A stretch of 64,000 nucleotides of DNA from assembly GCA_903895695.1 (NCBI GenBank), contig CAITUY010000042.1:879-64878 (forward strand), read 5' to 3'. The notes under the pieces were generated by a model. That model was not told where the DNA came from. It saw only the letters and a list, made by a program, of their open reading frames with translations, and made no database searches. The translations under genes were made by a program, and so were the position numbers. Source of the DNA: an uncultured bacterium (GTDB taxonomy: Bacteria > Verrucomicrobiota > Kiritimatiellia > CAIKKV01 > CAITUY01). Positions 45,691 through 55,578 of this stretch are shown piece after piece. Position 1 is the stretch's first letter; each line of letters opens with the position of its first letter.

Positions 45691-47061
45691 ATGGCTTCGG
45701 CGACAGTGGCATCGGTTCCTTCCTCTGCGGGGGGCCGTGTGGTCATGCTCCCGCGCGGCGCCGTGCGCCGCGCGGTGCGCCTGTCGTTCGTGCAGGCCAT
45801 GCTGGGCGCGGTCTACGGGGCCTCCACGGGGGGCATGTTCCTGATCGGCTACGCGTTGCAGCTCGGGGCCACGAACGTCCAGATCGGGCTGATGAGCACC
45901 ATCCCCATGCTCTGCATCGGGGTGCAGTTGGGCACGGCGGCGCTGATCGAGCGCGGTGTGAACCGCCGCCGCCTGACCGTCGTCGCATCGCTGCTGAACG
46001 TCGCGTTCTGGCTCCCGGTCATCCTCATCCCCTTTGTGGCGCCCGCCGCGCCCACTTCCGTCAAGGTCGGCTTCCTGATCGCGGCGCTCACGGCCATCAC
46101 GTTCTTCGCCTACGTGGCCGGCAACGCCCGTGGAAGCTGGGTGGGCGACCTGATCCCCGCGCGGTTTCGCGGCACGTTCTTCGGCCGGGCCGCCATGTAC
46201 GCCGGCATTGTCGCCAGCCTGTTCGCGATCGGCGAAGGCGCCTTTCTCGACGTCGTCAAGCGCCACGGCATGGCCGCCTACAGCCTGCTCTTCGGGTTCG
46301 GCATCGTCTTCGGCGTGGCGGGCGCCCTGCTCTTCCTGCCGCAGGCCGACATCCCCGCCCCGCGCCACAAGGACGGCTCGAATCTGCCGCGACTGGTACG
46401 CGAAACGCTCACGAACCGCGCTCTGCTCATGGTCATTCTCTTCGCCGTGCTTTGGTCGCTGCAGGCCATTGCCGGCCCGTTCTACGTCACGTACATGCTA
46501 CGCGACCTCGGCATGCCGTTCCTCGGCATCGGCATCATCAACGCCTTCCTGATGCTCGCCTTCCTCTTGTCCTCCCCGCTGTGGGGCCGCGCGGTGGACC
46601 GCTGGGGCTGTCGCCCCGTGCTCACGGCGTGCGCGACGGCGCTGGGGGCGTTGCAGTTCGTGTGGCTGTGGCTCGATACCGCCCACGCCGTCTACCTGGT
46701 AGTGCCCGTCGCCAACCTCGTGGCGGGCGTGAGCGTCGGCGGCGTCAGCGTCGCGCTCAACACGCTGCTCTACAAAGTAACGCCGACGCGGGGCCGCTCC
46801 GTCCAATTGGCGATCTATTCGATCGTGGTCGTGCTGGCAGCCGCGCCGCTGCCCTCCCTGGGCGGGCACTTGCCGGCCTGGTTCGGCGGGCTCCACCTGC
46901 CCGCCGACCTGCGGCTCACGTTCTACGCGGCCGGGTTCTTCATGCTGCTTTCAGCGCTTGTCGCGCGCCGCATCCACGAGCCGGGGGCGCGCCCCGCGCG
47001 TGACATGCTGCGGGATCTCGGCGCGCAGGGGCTCGCGCCCATCCTGCGCTGGTGGGACTGA
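45691..47061 (+). CDS. MFS-family transporter (12 TM).
   Basis: Twelve hydrophobic segments. GRAVDRWGCRP-like MFS loop motif. ATG 45691 preceded by GGGAG. The track's GTG start would overlap the upstream stop. Confidence 0.75.
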   Translation: MASATVASVPSSAGGRVVMLPRGAVRRAVRLSFVQAMLGAVYGASTGGMFLIGYALQLGATNVQIGLMSTIPMLCIGVQLGTAALIERGVNRRRLTVVASLLNVAFWLPVILIPFVAPAAPTSVKVGFLIAALTAITFFAYVAGNARGSWVGDLIPARFRGTFFGRAAMYAGIVASLFAIGEGAFLDVVKRHGMAAYSLLFGFGIVFGVAGALLFLPQADIPAPRHKDGSNLPRLVRETLTNRALLMVILFAVLWSLQAIAGPFYVTYMLRDLGMPFLGIGIINAFLMLAFLLSSPLWGRAVDRWGCRPVLTACATALGALQFVWLWLDTAHAVYLVVPVANLVAGVSVGGVSVALNTLLYKVTPTRGRSVQLAIYSIVVVLAAAPLPSLGGHLPAWFGGLHLPADLRLTFYAAGFFMLLSALVARRIHEPGARPARDMLRDLGAQGLAPILRWWD

Positions 47062-47064
47062 TTT

Positions 47065-47232
47065 CGGCTCCGGGACTAGCAGTCTGTCGGGCTTAAACGC
47101 TACGAGAGGCCGCAACCGTCGCTACCGGCGGAGGACCGCCGGCTCCAGTTCGCTTTTGGGGCGCTTTGGAGCCGGCCGTCTCGGCCGGTAGCAGGCGTGG
47201 TGCCCTTCGGGTCGTAAGTCCGACAGGCTGCT
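47065..47232. terminator. About 165-nt nested, imperfect long hairpin (three tiers of pairing) between convergent genes. Bidirectional terminator or small structured RNA.
   Basis: ctagcagtctgtcgg...ccgacaggctgctag outer stem; gctaccggc/gccggtagc middle stem; gccggctcca/tggagccggc inner stem with a gttcgcttttggggcg loop. Confidence 0.35.
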
Positions 47233-48790
47233 AGGCGCACGAGCGATCCAGGATCCGGCCGTCCTTGATCTCCAGGATCCGCGTGGCGAGCGAACCGATC
47301 AGCCGATGATCGTGTGAAACGAAGATAACGGTGGTCGCGGTCTCCGACAGCGCGAAGTTGAGCGCCTCAATGGACTCCAGGTCCAGGTGGTTCGTGGGCT
47401 CGTCCAAAATAGCCACATTCCCGCCCTCCAGCATCATCTTGGCCAGGATAAGCCGGGCTTTCTCCCCACCGCTCAGAACCTGGACGGGCTTGAAGACATC
47501 GTCCTTGCTGAACAGCATGCGGCCCATGAATGACCGAAGCTCGGTTTCGGAAATATCCTTGTCGTCGGCGAACTGCCGGAGCCAGGTCAGCGCCTGGCTC
47601 TGCGGGTCCAGCGCTTCCGCGGGATCCTGGGGAAAGACGCTGAACTGGATGGTGTCACCGAGGACCACGGTGCCCGTGTCCGGGGGCAGAAGCCCGCATA
47701 GGATCTTCAGGAGGGTCGTCTTCCCGACGCCATTCTTCCCGATGATCGCGATCTTCTCCTTCGGCTCGATCTTGCAGGAGAAATCCGAGAAGAGCGGGCG
47801 GTCGTAACTCTTGGAGACGCGATCGAGCTGAATGACCTTGTCGCCGAGCCGCTTCTTGGGAGTAAACCGGATATAGGGCGATACGCGCGAACTGGGCTTC
47901 ACCTCTTCCAGTTCCAGTTTGCCCAGCAGCTTCTGCCGGGAGGTCGCCTGCCTGGCTTTGGACGCGTTGGCGCTGAAGCGACTGATGAAGGTCTTCAGGT
48001 CGTGAATCTGCTTCTCCAGCTTCTTGTTCGACTTCTCCCGCCGTTCGCGGGCCTCCAGGCTCGCAATGGTGAAGTCATCATAGTTGCCGGTGAACATGCG
48101 GATTTCATGGTAGTCCAGATCGGCGATATGCGTGCAGACCTGGTTCAGGAAGAAACGGTCATGCGATATGACAATGACGGTGCCTTCGTACCGCTTCAAC
48201 AACTCGACCAACCACTCGATGGATTCGAGATCCAGATGGTTGGTGGGTTCGTCCAGCAGGAGAACGTCGGGATGGGCGAACAACACCTGGGCCAGCAACA
48301 CCCTGAGTTTGAAGCCGCCCTGCAAGGTCCGCAATTCCTTGGCAAAAACGTCTTCGGTGAACCCGAGGCCCGCCAGCAACTTGGCGGCATCGGCTTCCAT
48401 GGTGTAGCCGCCCGCCGCGCCGAATTCCTCCTCGACCAGGCCGCTGCGATCATGTTCGGCCTCGGTAAGATCCGTCTTGGAATAGAGGGCCTCCCGCTCG
48501 TTATGGAGATCCCAGAGCCTCTTGTTCCCCATGTAAACGGTATCGAGGATCGCAACGTCGTCGAATTCGGCATGATCCTGGCGCAGGTAGCCCAGCGTGC
48601 AGTCCCGTCCGACGATCACTTCGCCCTGGCTGGCCGGGACGAGGCCGGCCAGGATCTTGACGAAAGTCGACTTTCCTGACCCGTTGGCGCCGATCAAGCC
48701 ATAGCAGTTCCCAGGGGTGAACTGGACAGAGACGTCCTCGAACAACACATCCTGCCCAAATCGTTTAGTAAGCCTAGAAGTAGAAATCAC
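47231..48790 (-). CDS. ABC-F family ATPase (two ABC ATPase cassettes, no TM domain; EttA/Uup-like translation factor type).
   Basis: Walker A GANGSGKST and GKNGVGKTT. Signature LSGG motifs. Inter-domain linker. 519 aa. GTG start. Confidence 0.85.
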   Translation of the reverse strand: MISTSRLTKRFGQDVLFEDVSVQFTPGNCYGLIGANGSGKSTFVKILAGLVPASQGEVIVGRDCTLGYLRQDHAEFDDVAILDTVYMGNKRLWDLHNEREALYSKTDLTEAEHDRSGLVEEEFGAAGGYTMEADAAKLLAGLGFTEDVFAKELRTLQGGFKLRVLLAQVLFAHPDVLLLDEPTNHLDLESIEWLVELLKRYEGTVIVISHDRFFLNQVCTHIADLDYHEIRMFTGNYDDFTIASLEARERREKSNKKLEKQIHDLKTFISRFSANASKARQATSRQKLLGKLELEEVKPSSRVSPYIRFTPKKRLGDKVIQLDRVSKSYDRPLFSDFSCKIEPKEKIAIIGKNGVGKTTLLKILCGLLPPDTGTVVLGDTIQFSVFPQDPAEALDPQSQALTWLRQFADDKDISETELRSFMGRMLFSKDDVFKPVQVLSGGEKARLILAKMMLEGGNVAILDEPTNHLDLESIEALNFALSETATTVIFVSHDHRLIGSLATRILEIKDGRILDRSCA

Positions 48791-48832
48791 GCAGTTGTTC
48801 CAATCCGGGGGTCAGGCCCATACCAGAGGGCG

Positions 48833-49900
48833 TCAATCTTCGCGCACGGCTCGCATCATGGCCCGGACATTGGCCAGCGGCACGTCCGGGTTGATCGTGT
48901 TTGCCGTGAACAGCACCAGGTCGGCGTTGCCCCGCGACACCTCGATGGCATGCCGGACCTTCGCGACGATTTCATCAGGCGTGCAAACCGGCAGTTCGGT
49001 GGTCACGGAAAGCGGGCCGAAAATGAGCAGCGGTTTTCCGTCGCGGGTTCGGCGTTCGACCATGTTGTCGATGGTCAGGCCGCATTCCGGTTGAAAACCC
49101 TGGAAGCCCTGGACCCCGCAATCGATCAACATGTCCAGCAGCGGGCGAACGTCGCCGTCGCAATGCCACACGGGCCTGCACCCCGCCTCAAGCAACGGTT
49201 CCAGTCCGTACTTCAGTTGGGGCGCGTAATACTGTTCCAGAAACTTGGGCGACACCATGGGTCCCCGCTGGGTGCAGATATCCTCGCCGAGCAGCACGGC
49301 ATGGGGAAAGAGGCCTTCCTTGACCGCGCGGGCCACCATCCGGCCGTGGCACCGGCCGTGTGCGCCGCCCATCTCCATCAGCTTGCGGGCGGCCTCGGGG
49401 TACATCCCGACGATCGTAAAGTAGTTCTCGTAGCCGAAATCGAAATACCAACTGGCCTTTGCCCCGGCATTCCATATGGCCGGCATCCACACCAGGTCGC
49501 CGCAGGACGTCTGCATGCCGACGAGCTCCGACCTGAACTTCGCATACTCGGCCTCGAAATCGAAATCGCGTTCGATCGCCGCGGCATCGGGCATCTGCTC
49601 GATCCGGGCCACGGCATCCTCCACCGATTCACCACGGTCGGCGTGGGCGTACGAATGCTCGTCGACGATCCGGTAGTCGCCATCCGCCTTGGGCAGGGCC
49701 AGGCTAATGAGACCATCCACGCCCAGCGCGTGGTACGCCCGCAAGGCGACGGCCTTGGGTGCGGCCCGATAGTCATCGAGGGTCGCGCCTGCCAGTTCGA
49801 TCAGATGCGGGGCGCAGCAGATCCACCCGCCCAGCACCGGGGTCCGATCCGCCGCTTTTCCTGAGAATACGGTCTCAAGCCGTTGACGAGTATTCATCAT
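48833..49900 (-). CDS. Uroporphyrinogen-decarboxylase-like (URO-D/MtaA-fold) protein of unknown substrate.
   Basis: 355 aa after trimming to ATG-ATG at 49900 (MMNTRQRLETVF). Overall URO-D-like (beta/alpha)8 pattern; assignment is by resemblance, not a diagnostic motif. Confidence 0.5.
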   Translation of the reverse strand: MMNTRQRLETVFSGKAADRTPVLGGWICCAPHLIELAGATLDDYRAAPKAVALRAYHALGVDGLISLALPKADGDYRIVDEHSYAHADRGESVEDAVARIEQMPDAAAIERDFDFEAEYAKFRSELVGMQTSCGDLVWMPAIWNAGAKASWYFDFGYENYFTIVGMYPEAARKLMEMGGAHGRCHGRMVARAVKEGLFPHAVLLGEDICTQRGPMVSPKFLEQYYAPQLKYGLEPLLEAGCRPVWHCDGDVRPLLDMLIDCGVQGFQGFQPECGLTIDNMVERRTRDGKPLLIFGPLSVTTELPVCTPDEIVAKVRHAIEVSRGNADLVLFTANTINPDVPLANVRAMMRAVRED

Positions 49901-49905
49901 CGGAC

Positions 49906-52900
49906 CTATTTCAGGGCGTGCGCGCCTTGGTATTGGACGCCCGCCGCCGGCAAACCGTTCTCGTCGGTCACTCGGAAATAGAGCCGCCAGGATTCGTGGC
50001 CGTGGCTCAGTTTGACCAAGACCGGGTTCTCGCCCTTCTTCAACTTCACCGGCGCCCAATCCTGGTCGCGATAGGCCAGCCGCCAGCCACGGCTGAAGAT
50101 CAGGCGTTCGTCGTTGACCCATACCCCGAGACGCTCGTCGCTGCCGGTGCGCAGGTAGACCGTCCGGTCGGCGTCCGATATGAGGGAGGCCGCGAGATAG
50201 GCTATGACGCCGCGCGAAGGGTCGAAGTGCTCGCCCAGGGACAACTGCTGTTCCGACAAGGCCGGCTGCCCTTCAGCCAGAATCGGCCGCCACTTCACCG
50301 TCGTGGCCACGAAGCCGTTCGTTCCCTGCGCGACCCCTTGGTAGGTGGCTTTCAAGTCCAGTCCTTTTTCCGGGCCGAAATCCTTCAACTGGAAGTTCGA
50401 ACCCGCAAAGTCGCTGTTGTCAAAGGGACCGACGGCATACCAGTCCTGGAAGAAGGCCGGCATCGCTTCGGTATCCGTCTTGGTCCAGAGCGCATCGGCG
50501 GCCACGAGACGTTCGGCAACTGCCGGGCCCCGGACTCCGTCCCGCAGCGGGACGAACCAACCCTTGCGGCCGCTCAGTTCGACGCGCCCCGGCTTTCCAA
50601 CCGGCTTATCGTTCAGGACCACGCTGGGCGCGTCACTGAAGCCCTCCAGCACCAGGGCCTGGGCCATATCGGTCCGCTGTTCCTGGCCCGGCTTGAGACA
50701 ATAGTCGATCCACAGCTTGTTTTCCTGGGGACGCGCCCTGACGCGCAGGAGCCCCACGCGCCCATCGGCCCGAACCTTGGCCCCGCCCGGCAGCGTCAAC
50801 CGCCAGAAAATAAGATCGGGCAAAGGATTGTACCCCGTGTAGGTCCCGCTCTTGGTTTCCGCCAGTAGGTACGTGCGATGGTTCTTCTCCGACTCTACCA
50901 CGGCGCCGGCTTTCTCGATCCGCCCGCCCATGCCCTGAACGCTCCACGGTGAGTCGCGCTGAATGCTCAGCGGATAGCCGTAGTCCTCGTGCCCGTTGAC
51001 GCGGATGTACTTGGGACCGGCGTCTCCGCCTGTAAAGGTCTTGCCTTCATCCCACACGCGGAAGCCCATTTCGAGGGTGTCCTTGCCGCTGTGATAGGCC
51101 ATGTCGTAGCAACGCTTGTCGGTGTTCCAGGCGCAGTCCAGTTTCGCCTCCGCCACGTGTTTACGGAAGTTGTCAAAAGACCCGTATTCGGTTTCGTCGC
51201 CGACCTCGATGGCGAATCCCCCCGTGGCCCGGCGGTCCTTGTCCGTATACCAATCGTCAAGGTTCATCCCCTTCGAACTGCGATAAATAAAGGCATAGAC
51301 GTAGATGACCGGCCATTCATAGGCCACCTCGATTTGCTGGTCGCGGTCCATGGGATCGAGCACGACCGGCCGGATCGCGGCATAGCTGACGCCGTCCCTG
51401 ACAAGGATTGTTTCGCCGTCCTTTGCGAACACGGAATTAGATCCGCTCACCAAATAGCGATCCCACATGTACTTGGGATCGGGGTTGACGGGCGAAGCAT
51501 TGCCGGAGAGCTGGTCGACCTTGCGATCCCCGATCCACACTTCGCGTTTCGACACGTCGCCGAAGCTGGTGATCGTAACGGCCGCACCTGCGGCGTTGAC
51601 CGACGTCGGGTTGTAGCTCGCATCCTTTGCACGCCAACCGCCGGCATAGTCGGGATTGGGCAGCGCGCGCATGGTGTTGCGCCAGGGCTGGGCCGCCATG
51701 GCCAGAATCTTGCCGCCCTGCTGCACGGCGGCCGCCTGGAGCATCGCCTGCGCGAACACCCCGTTGACGGTGAAACTCATCTGGAGCGTGGAAAGCTGTT
51801 CCATGTTCGTCACCGTGCCGGCCTCGCGTCGCCACTGGGCCGTCACCGGCGTGATGCCCGAATTGCCGTGCTGCTCCACGCGGGATCCGAGCGCGTAGTG
51901 ATGACCGAGCGATTGCACATGCCAACCCGAGGGCAAGTTGTCGGGCGCGAAGTGCCACCACCGGGCGTAGGTCGTCCACGGCAGCGACTTGTCGTCCACA
52001 ATGTTGGCCCACTCGTCCGGGCCCCAAGGCATGAGCAGCGCATAGCGGGCCGGCGGCCCTTCGCCGCCAAAGACCTGGATGTGGTGCATGCTCTCCTCAT
52101 TCTTGGTCATGTCGAGATGAATCAGCGCGCCCTTGCGCGAAAGCGAGTGAACCGCATGGTACGGGCCATCCTGGTACAGCATCTGGTACTTCAACTCGCC
52201 GCGACCCATAGGATACGTCAGCCGCCGCAGGCCGGGATGGAACACGCTGATCAACTGTTCCACCTGGCGGTCGCGGGCGATCTCGCCCATCAGCCGGTCA
52301 AAGGGATCATCCGCGTACTTGGCGATGATCCCGAGACCTGCCACCGAAAGCGCCTGGTAGTAGGTGTCGCCCACCTCCTGGTTGGCGCCGCCGTAGAAAC
52401 CCCAGTTGCGGAGCACGAGATTTTCGATGCCGTACTGGGCATCGGCCTGGACCCACGGCGCCTGGAGCATGTCGCCGGCCAGCGTGCAACCCGCGATGGA
52501 ATTGATGCTGAAATTCTGCGTGCCAATGCTGCGCGGGTAGGACCGGAAGTAGGAACGCTGCCGCGGGTTCTCGATATCTTCCGTCTCCGGGTGCGTCCAG
52601 CCCTTCCAGTAGACCTTGGCATAGTCGAGCGCAGCCGGCGGGAAGAATTCGGCCAGAGCCCGGGGGGCCAGGGCGAAATCGGTCGTGAGATGCCCTTCCC
52701 ACTGATGCGGGGCGAGGTAAAGATAAGATGACATTTCGCGGAAAAACAAATTCGTGTCGCCGTTGACCAACCCGTCGGCCCTGAACCGTCCCAGGTTCCA
52801 ACCCCAGATGCCGGCCAATTCGTTGTGGCGCGTCCACATCCAGTCCGGCATGTCAGCCGGCTTGGTGTGGAACCTCTGGATCTTGGCGGTCCAGTCGTCG

Positions 52901-53766
52901 GGTACGCGCATGGCCGGGCGCCCCTCGGGTGCGGCCTTCAGTTTCGCAGTCAGCGCCTCGAAGTCGAGGGCGGGCGGAAGGTTCACGGCGCCGGCCTTGT
53001 CGGCTTTCCGGAAAACAATGCGCAACGACGGCGGGCGCACCCAGATCTTCATGTAGCCGGTGCTGACACGCCAGGAGTATACATCAAACCAGCCGCCTTC
53101 CTGGCTGTTATACTTGTCATCGACAAGTTCCAGCTTCTGCACGGCAAAGCCCTGTTGCTCCAGCGAACGCAAACGGGCGCCCAGGTCGCGACCGTAGAGC
53201 AGATCCGCAAGGGCGGTGGTGACGTCAATCGCCGCCTCAGGGCTCTTGGCGTGGAGCGGAAGGGGACCGCAGACCGTAGCCAGGCGGTCCTTGCCGTCCG
53301 ACCAACCGCAAATCTTGTCCCAAAAGCCGCCCCCCTTAACGTACGCATTGGCCGTGGGCGCACTGTTGCTGCTGGCCGCGCTCCACGGTTTCAGGACTCC
53401 CCGAGCCAGGGCCGACCATTCGCCGGGATGCTGGGTGTAGTCGGCCTCGGATCCCCAACCCGCTCGTCCGCGTTCGGGTCCGGCCCCCTCCTGCTTTGCC
53501 CAGTCGAGCACCAGTTCCACTTTGTCGACCGCGTAACCCGCGTGCACTTTGGCGAGAATGACTTCCGCGGCGCCCGGGAAACGCACCAGCATCGGCCGGA
53601 TCGCATCGAAATACCGTTCGCCGGGAAAGCCCTTGTCCCAATTCACTGGATCCAACACCGCGGTCTCGACGTTCGTGATCGTGATCACCGGCAGGTCAGC
53701 GGACGCGGCCGCTGCCGACGCCGCAAGAAGCGCACCGATGGCTATAATACGACTAGCTGATTTCAT
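49906..53766 (-). CDS. Large (1286 aa) secreted protein, probably a carbohydrate-active enzyme (hydrolase or lyase) with a C-terminal beta-sandwich domain.
   Basis: Signal peptide MKSASRIIAIGALLAASAAAASA. Many W/Y-rich blocks typical of glycan-binding enzymes. C-terminal 200 aa (DWYAVGPFDNSDF...WRLYFRVTDENG) resembles the sugar-binding sandwich domains appended to GHs. Confidence 0.55.
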   Translation of the reverse strand: MKSASRIIAIGALLAASAAAASADLPVITITNVETAVLDPVNWDKGFPGERYFDAIRPMLVRFPGAAEVILAKVHAGYAVDKVELVLDWAKQEGAGPERGRAGWGSEADYTQHPGEWSALARGVLKPWSAASSNSAPTANAYVKGGGFWDKICGWSDGKDRLATVCGPLPLHAKSPEAAIDVTTALADLLYGRDLGARLRSLEQQGFAVQKLELVDDKYNSQEGGWFDVYSWRVSTGYMKIWVRPPSLRIVFRKADKAGAVNLPPALDFEALTAKLKAAPEGRPAMRVPDDWTAKIQRFHTKPADMPDWMWTRHNELAGIWGWNLGRFRADGLVNGDTNLFFREMSSYLYLAPHQWEGHLTTDFALAPRALAEFFPPAALDYAKVYWKGWTHPETEDIENPRQRSYFRSYPRSIGTQNFSINSIAGCTLAGDMLQAPWVQADAQYGIENLVLRNWGFYGGANQEVGDTYYQALSVAGLGIIAKYADDPFDRLMGEIARDRQVEQLISVFHPGLRRLTYPMGRGELKYQMLYQDGPYHAVHSLSRKGALIHLDMTKNEESMHHIQVFGGEGPPARYALLMPWGPDEWANIVDDKSLPWTTYARWWHFAPDNLPSGWHVQSLGHHYALGSRVEQHGNSGITPVTAQWRREAGTVTNMEQLSTLQMSFTVNGVFAQAMLQAAAVQQGGKILAMAAQPWRNTMRALPNPDYAGGWRAKDASYNPTSVNAAGAAVTITSFGDVSKREVWIGDRKVDQLSGNASPVNPDPKYMWDRYLVSGSNSVFAKDGETILVRDGVSYAAIRPVVLDPMDRDQQIEVAYEWPVIYVYAFIYRSSKGMNLDDWYTDKDRRATGGFAIEVGDETEYGSFDNFRKHVAEAKLDCAWNTDKRCYDMAYHSGKDTLEMGFRVWDEGKTFTGGDAGPKYIRVNGHEDYGYPLSIQRDSPWSVQGMGGRIEKAGAVVESEKNHRTYLLAETKSGTYTGYNPLPDLIFWRLTLPGGAKVRADGRVGLLRVRARPQENKLWIDYCLKPGQEQRTDMAQALVLEGFSDAPSVVLNDKPVGKPGRVELSGRKGWFVPLRDGVRGPAVAERLVAADALWTKTDTEAMPAFFQDWYAVGPFDNSDFAGSNFQLKDFGPEKGLDLKATYQGVAQGTNGFVATTVKWRPILAEGQPALSEQQLSLGEHFDPSRGVIAYLAASLISDADRTVYLRTGSDERLGVWVNDERLIFSRGWRLAYRDQDWAPVKLKKGENPVLVKLSHGHESWRLYFRVTDENGLPAAGVQYQGAHALK

Positions 53767-53857
53767 GCTTCTCCCTATCTCAATCTATGGGCGACTCGAA
53801 GATCCAGAAATTTGCGGGAAGCAGTTTAGCATCCCGGTTGCGGCCGATACAGCACCA

Positions 53858-55549
53858 TCACGATTCCGGCTCAAGAATAACCGCCCGTAGATTCATCAGA
53901 ATCCCGGGATCCAGGACGGTGGGCTTCAATGTCAGGGTGTGGGTGCCGCGCGCGAGTCGGAACGCGCCCGCCATCGGGTAGCGAGCGTACTGGCCATGGC
54001 GTCCGCTTAATGGGACGCTGGCGCGCACAGCCTGGCCCGCCACGGCCATCTCCAGCCGCCGCCCGTAGCAGTTCAGGGATTCGGGTTGGTTGAATTCGAA
54101 TGACGGGCGGAAGCGGCCCGGTCGATCGACGCGGAACGTCCACTCGACATAGTCCTCGACGCGCTTCCATCCCATAATCCGCCCGCCCAGGGCATCGGGC
54201 GAAAGGAACAAGGCCGGTTTGCCGTCTGCGTGGGCGGTCCGCAGGGCGGCTTGATTGGCCGTGAGAATCGCGCTCCCGTCCAGACGCTGACGGATGCCCT
54301 CCGGTTCGAACCGGGGCGTCTCGTCAAATTCCAGCGCCACGACCTGCGGCAGCATCCGGGTGGACGGCAGCGCAAGAACAAGGTTTGCACCTTTCTGGCT
54401 GAAGCGCACCGCCCGGCCGGTTTCCAGCAGCCGCGCCGACCGGACTCGAGAAGCGAAACCGCGCACAGCCAGCTTTTCGGCCGGCCGGAAAACATGCAGA
54501 TACACCGTCACGCCGCCCTCTGACTTCTGCCCTCTGACCTCTGACTTCTGACTGCTCACCCCCCACTCCTGTCGCCCGGTCGGCCCGGCCTGCGCGCCGT
54601 AGATCGCCTCTTTGTTCTTGCGCATCCACGCACCGATCACCTGAAGCTGTTCCAAACTGGGCGCCGCGAACGCGCCGTCGGCCTGCGGACCGAAGTTCAA
54701 CAGCAGGTTGCCGCCCAGCGCCACGGCGTCGGACAGCAGTCCCAGCAGTTCTGACGATGGCGCAAACAGGGCGAGATCGTCGAACGGCACCGTCCACGTG
54801 GTGAACGCCGCCGAGCACTGGCACAACTCCCAGGCACGCGCCGAGCCCTCGGTCGGCATCAGGCCTTCCGGATTGCCAAAGTCGCCGGGAACGCCTCCGC
54901 GGTCGTTGATGAGCATCTGCGGTTGCAGACGGCCCATCTCCGCCAGCAGTTCGCGGGACCGGTATTGCTCGGCCGTCAGGAACCCGCCGTCAAACCAGAA
55001 AACGTCGATCGGGCCATAGTGGGTCATTAACTCCCGCACCTGGGCATGCAAATACTTCACCATGCGCTCGTGTTTGGCCGGGTCCGCGAACGGCCGCCGC
55101 CATTGATTCAGGTCCGACCAGATGAACTCCTTCGCCCAGTCGGGATAGTTCCAGTCCACCCACGACCAATACAATCCGACCCGCAACCCGTGCCGGCGGC
55201 AGGCGTCGACGAACTCCCGCACCACGTCCCGCCGCGGACCGATTTTCGCCGCGTTGAACCCGGTGGTCTTCGTGTCCCAAAGGCAGAACCCGTCATGGTG
55301 CTTGGTGGTCAGGACCATGTACTTCATGCCGGCGCGCTTGGCCGTGCGCGCCCAGGCATCGGCATCGAACTGTTCGGCGCGGAACTGCCGCGCCAGTTCG
55401 AGATAGTCCTTCACGGAAATCGAGTCGGCGTTCATGGCCCACTCGCCGTTTCGCAGGAGCGAATAGACGCCCCAGTGTATGAACATGCCGAATCGCGCTT
55501 CTCGAAACCATTGCAGTCGGTCGGTGGGTTGGGTCAGGGTGTCAGTCAT
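53858..55549 (-). CDS. Alpha-L-fucosidase (GH29).
   Basis: RLQWFREARFGMFIHWGVYS...KYMVLTTKHHDGFCLWDTK is the GH29 N-terminal signature including the catalytic-nucleophile region. Start trimmed to ATG 55549 with an AAGGAA RBS. Confidence 0.85.
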   Translation of the reverse strand: MTDTLTQPTDRLQWFREARFGMFIHWGVYSLLRNGEWAMNADSISVKDYLELARQFRAEQFDADAWARTAKRAGMKYMVLTTKHHDGFCLWDTKTTGFNAAKIGPRRDVVREFVDACRRHGLRVGLYWSWVDWNYPDWAKEFIWSDLNQWRRPFADPAKHERMVKYLHAQVRELMTHYGPIDVFWFDGGFLTAEQYRSRELLAEMGRLQPQMLINDRGGVPGDFGNPEGLMPTEGSARAWELCQCSAAFTTWTVPFDDLALFAPSSELLGLLSDAVALGGNLLLNFGPQADGAFAAPSLEQLQVIGAWMRKNKEAIYGAQAGPTGRQEWGVSSQKSEVRGQKSEGGVTVYLHVFRPAEKLAVRGFASRVRSARLLETGRAVRFSQKGANLVLALPSTRMLPQVVALEFDETPRFEPEGIRQRLDGSAILTANQAALRTAHADGKPALFLSPDALGGRIMGWKRVEDYVEWTFRVDRPGRFRPSFEFNQPESLNCYGRRLEMAVAGQAVRASVPLSGRHGQYARYPMAGAFRLARGTHTLTLKPTVLDPGILMNLRAVILEPES

Positions 55550-55578
55550 CTGGGTTCCTTCGGTTGGTGGTGGCAGTT

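Noticed and set aside
54520-54565. Possible CRISPR-like short repeats.
   Set aside because: Only about 3 imperfect 9-13-nt coding repeats within a fucosidase linker. No spacer-repeat periodicity anywhere in the window.
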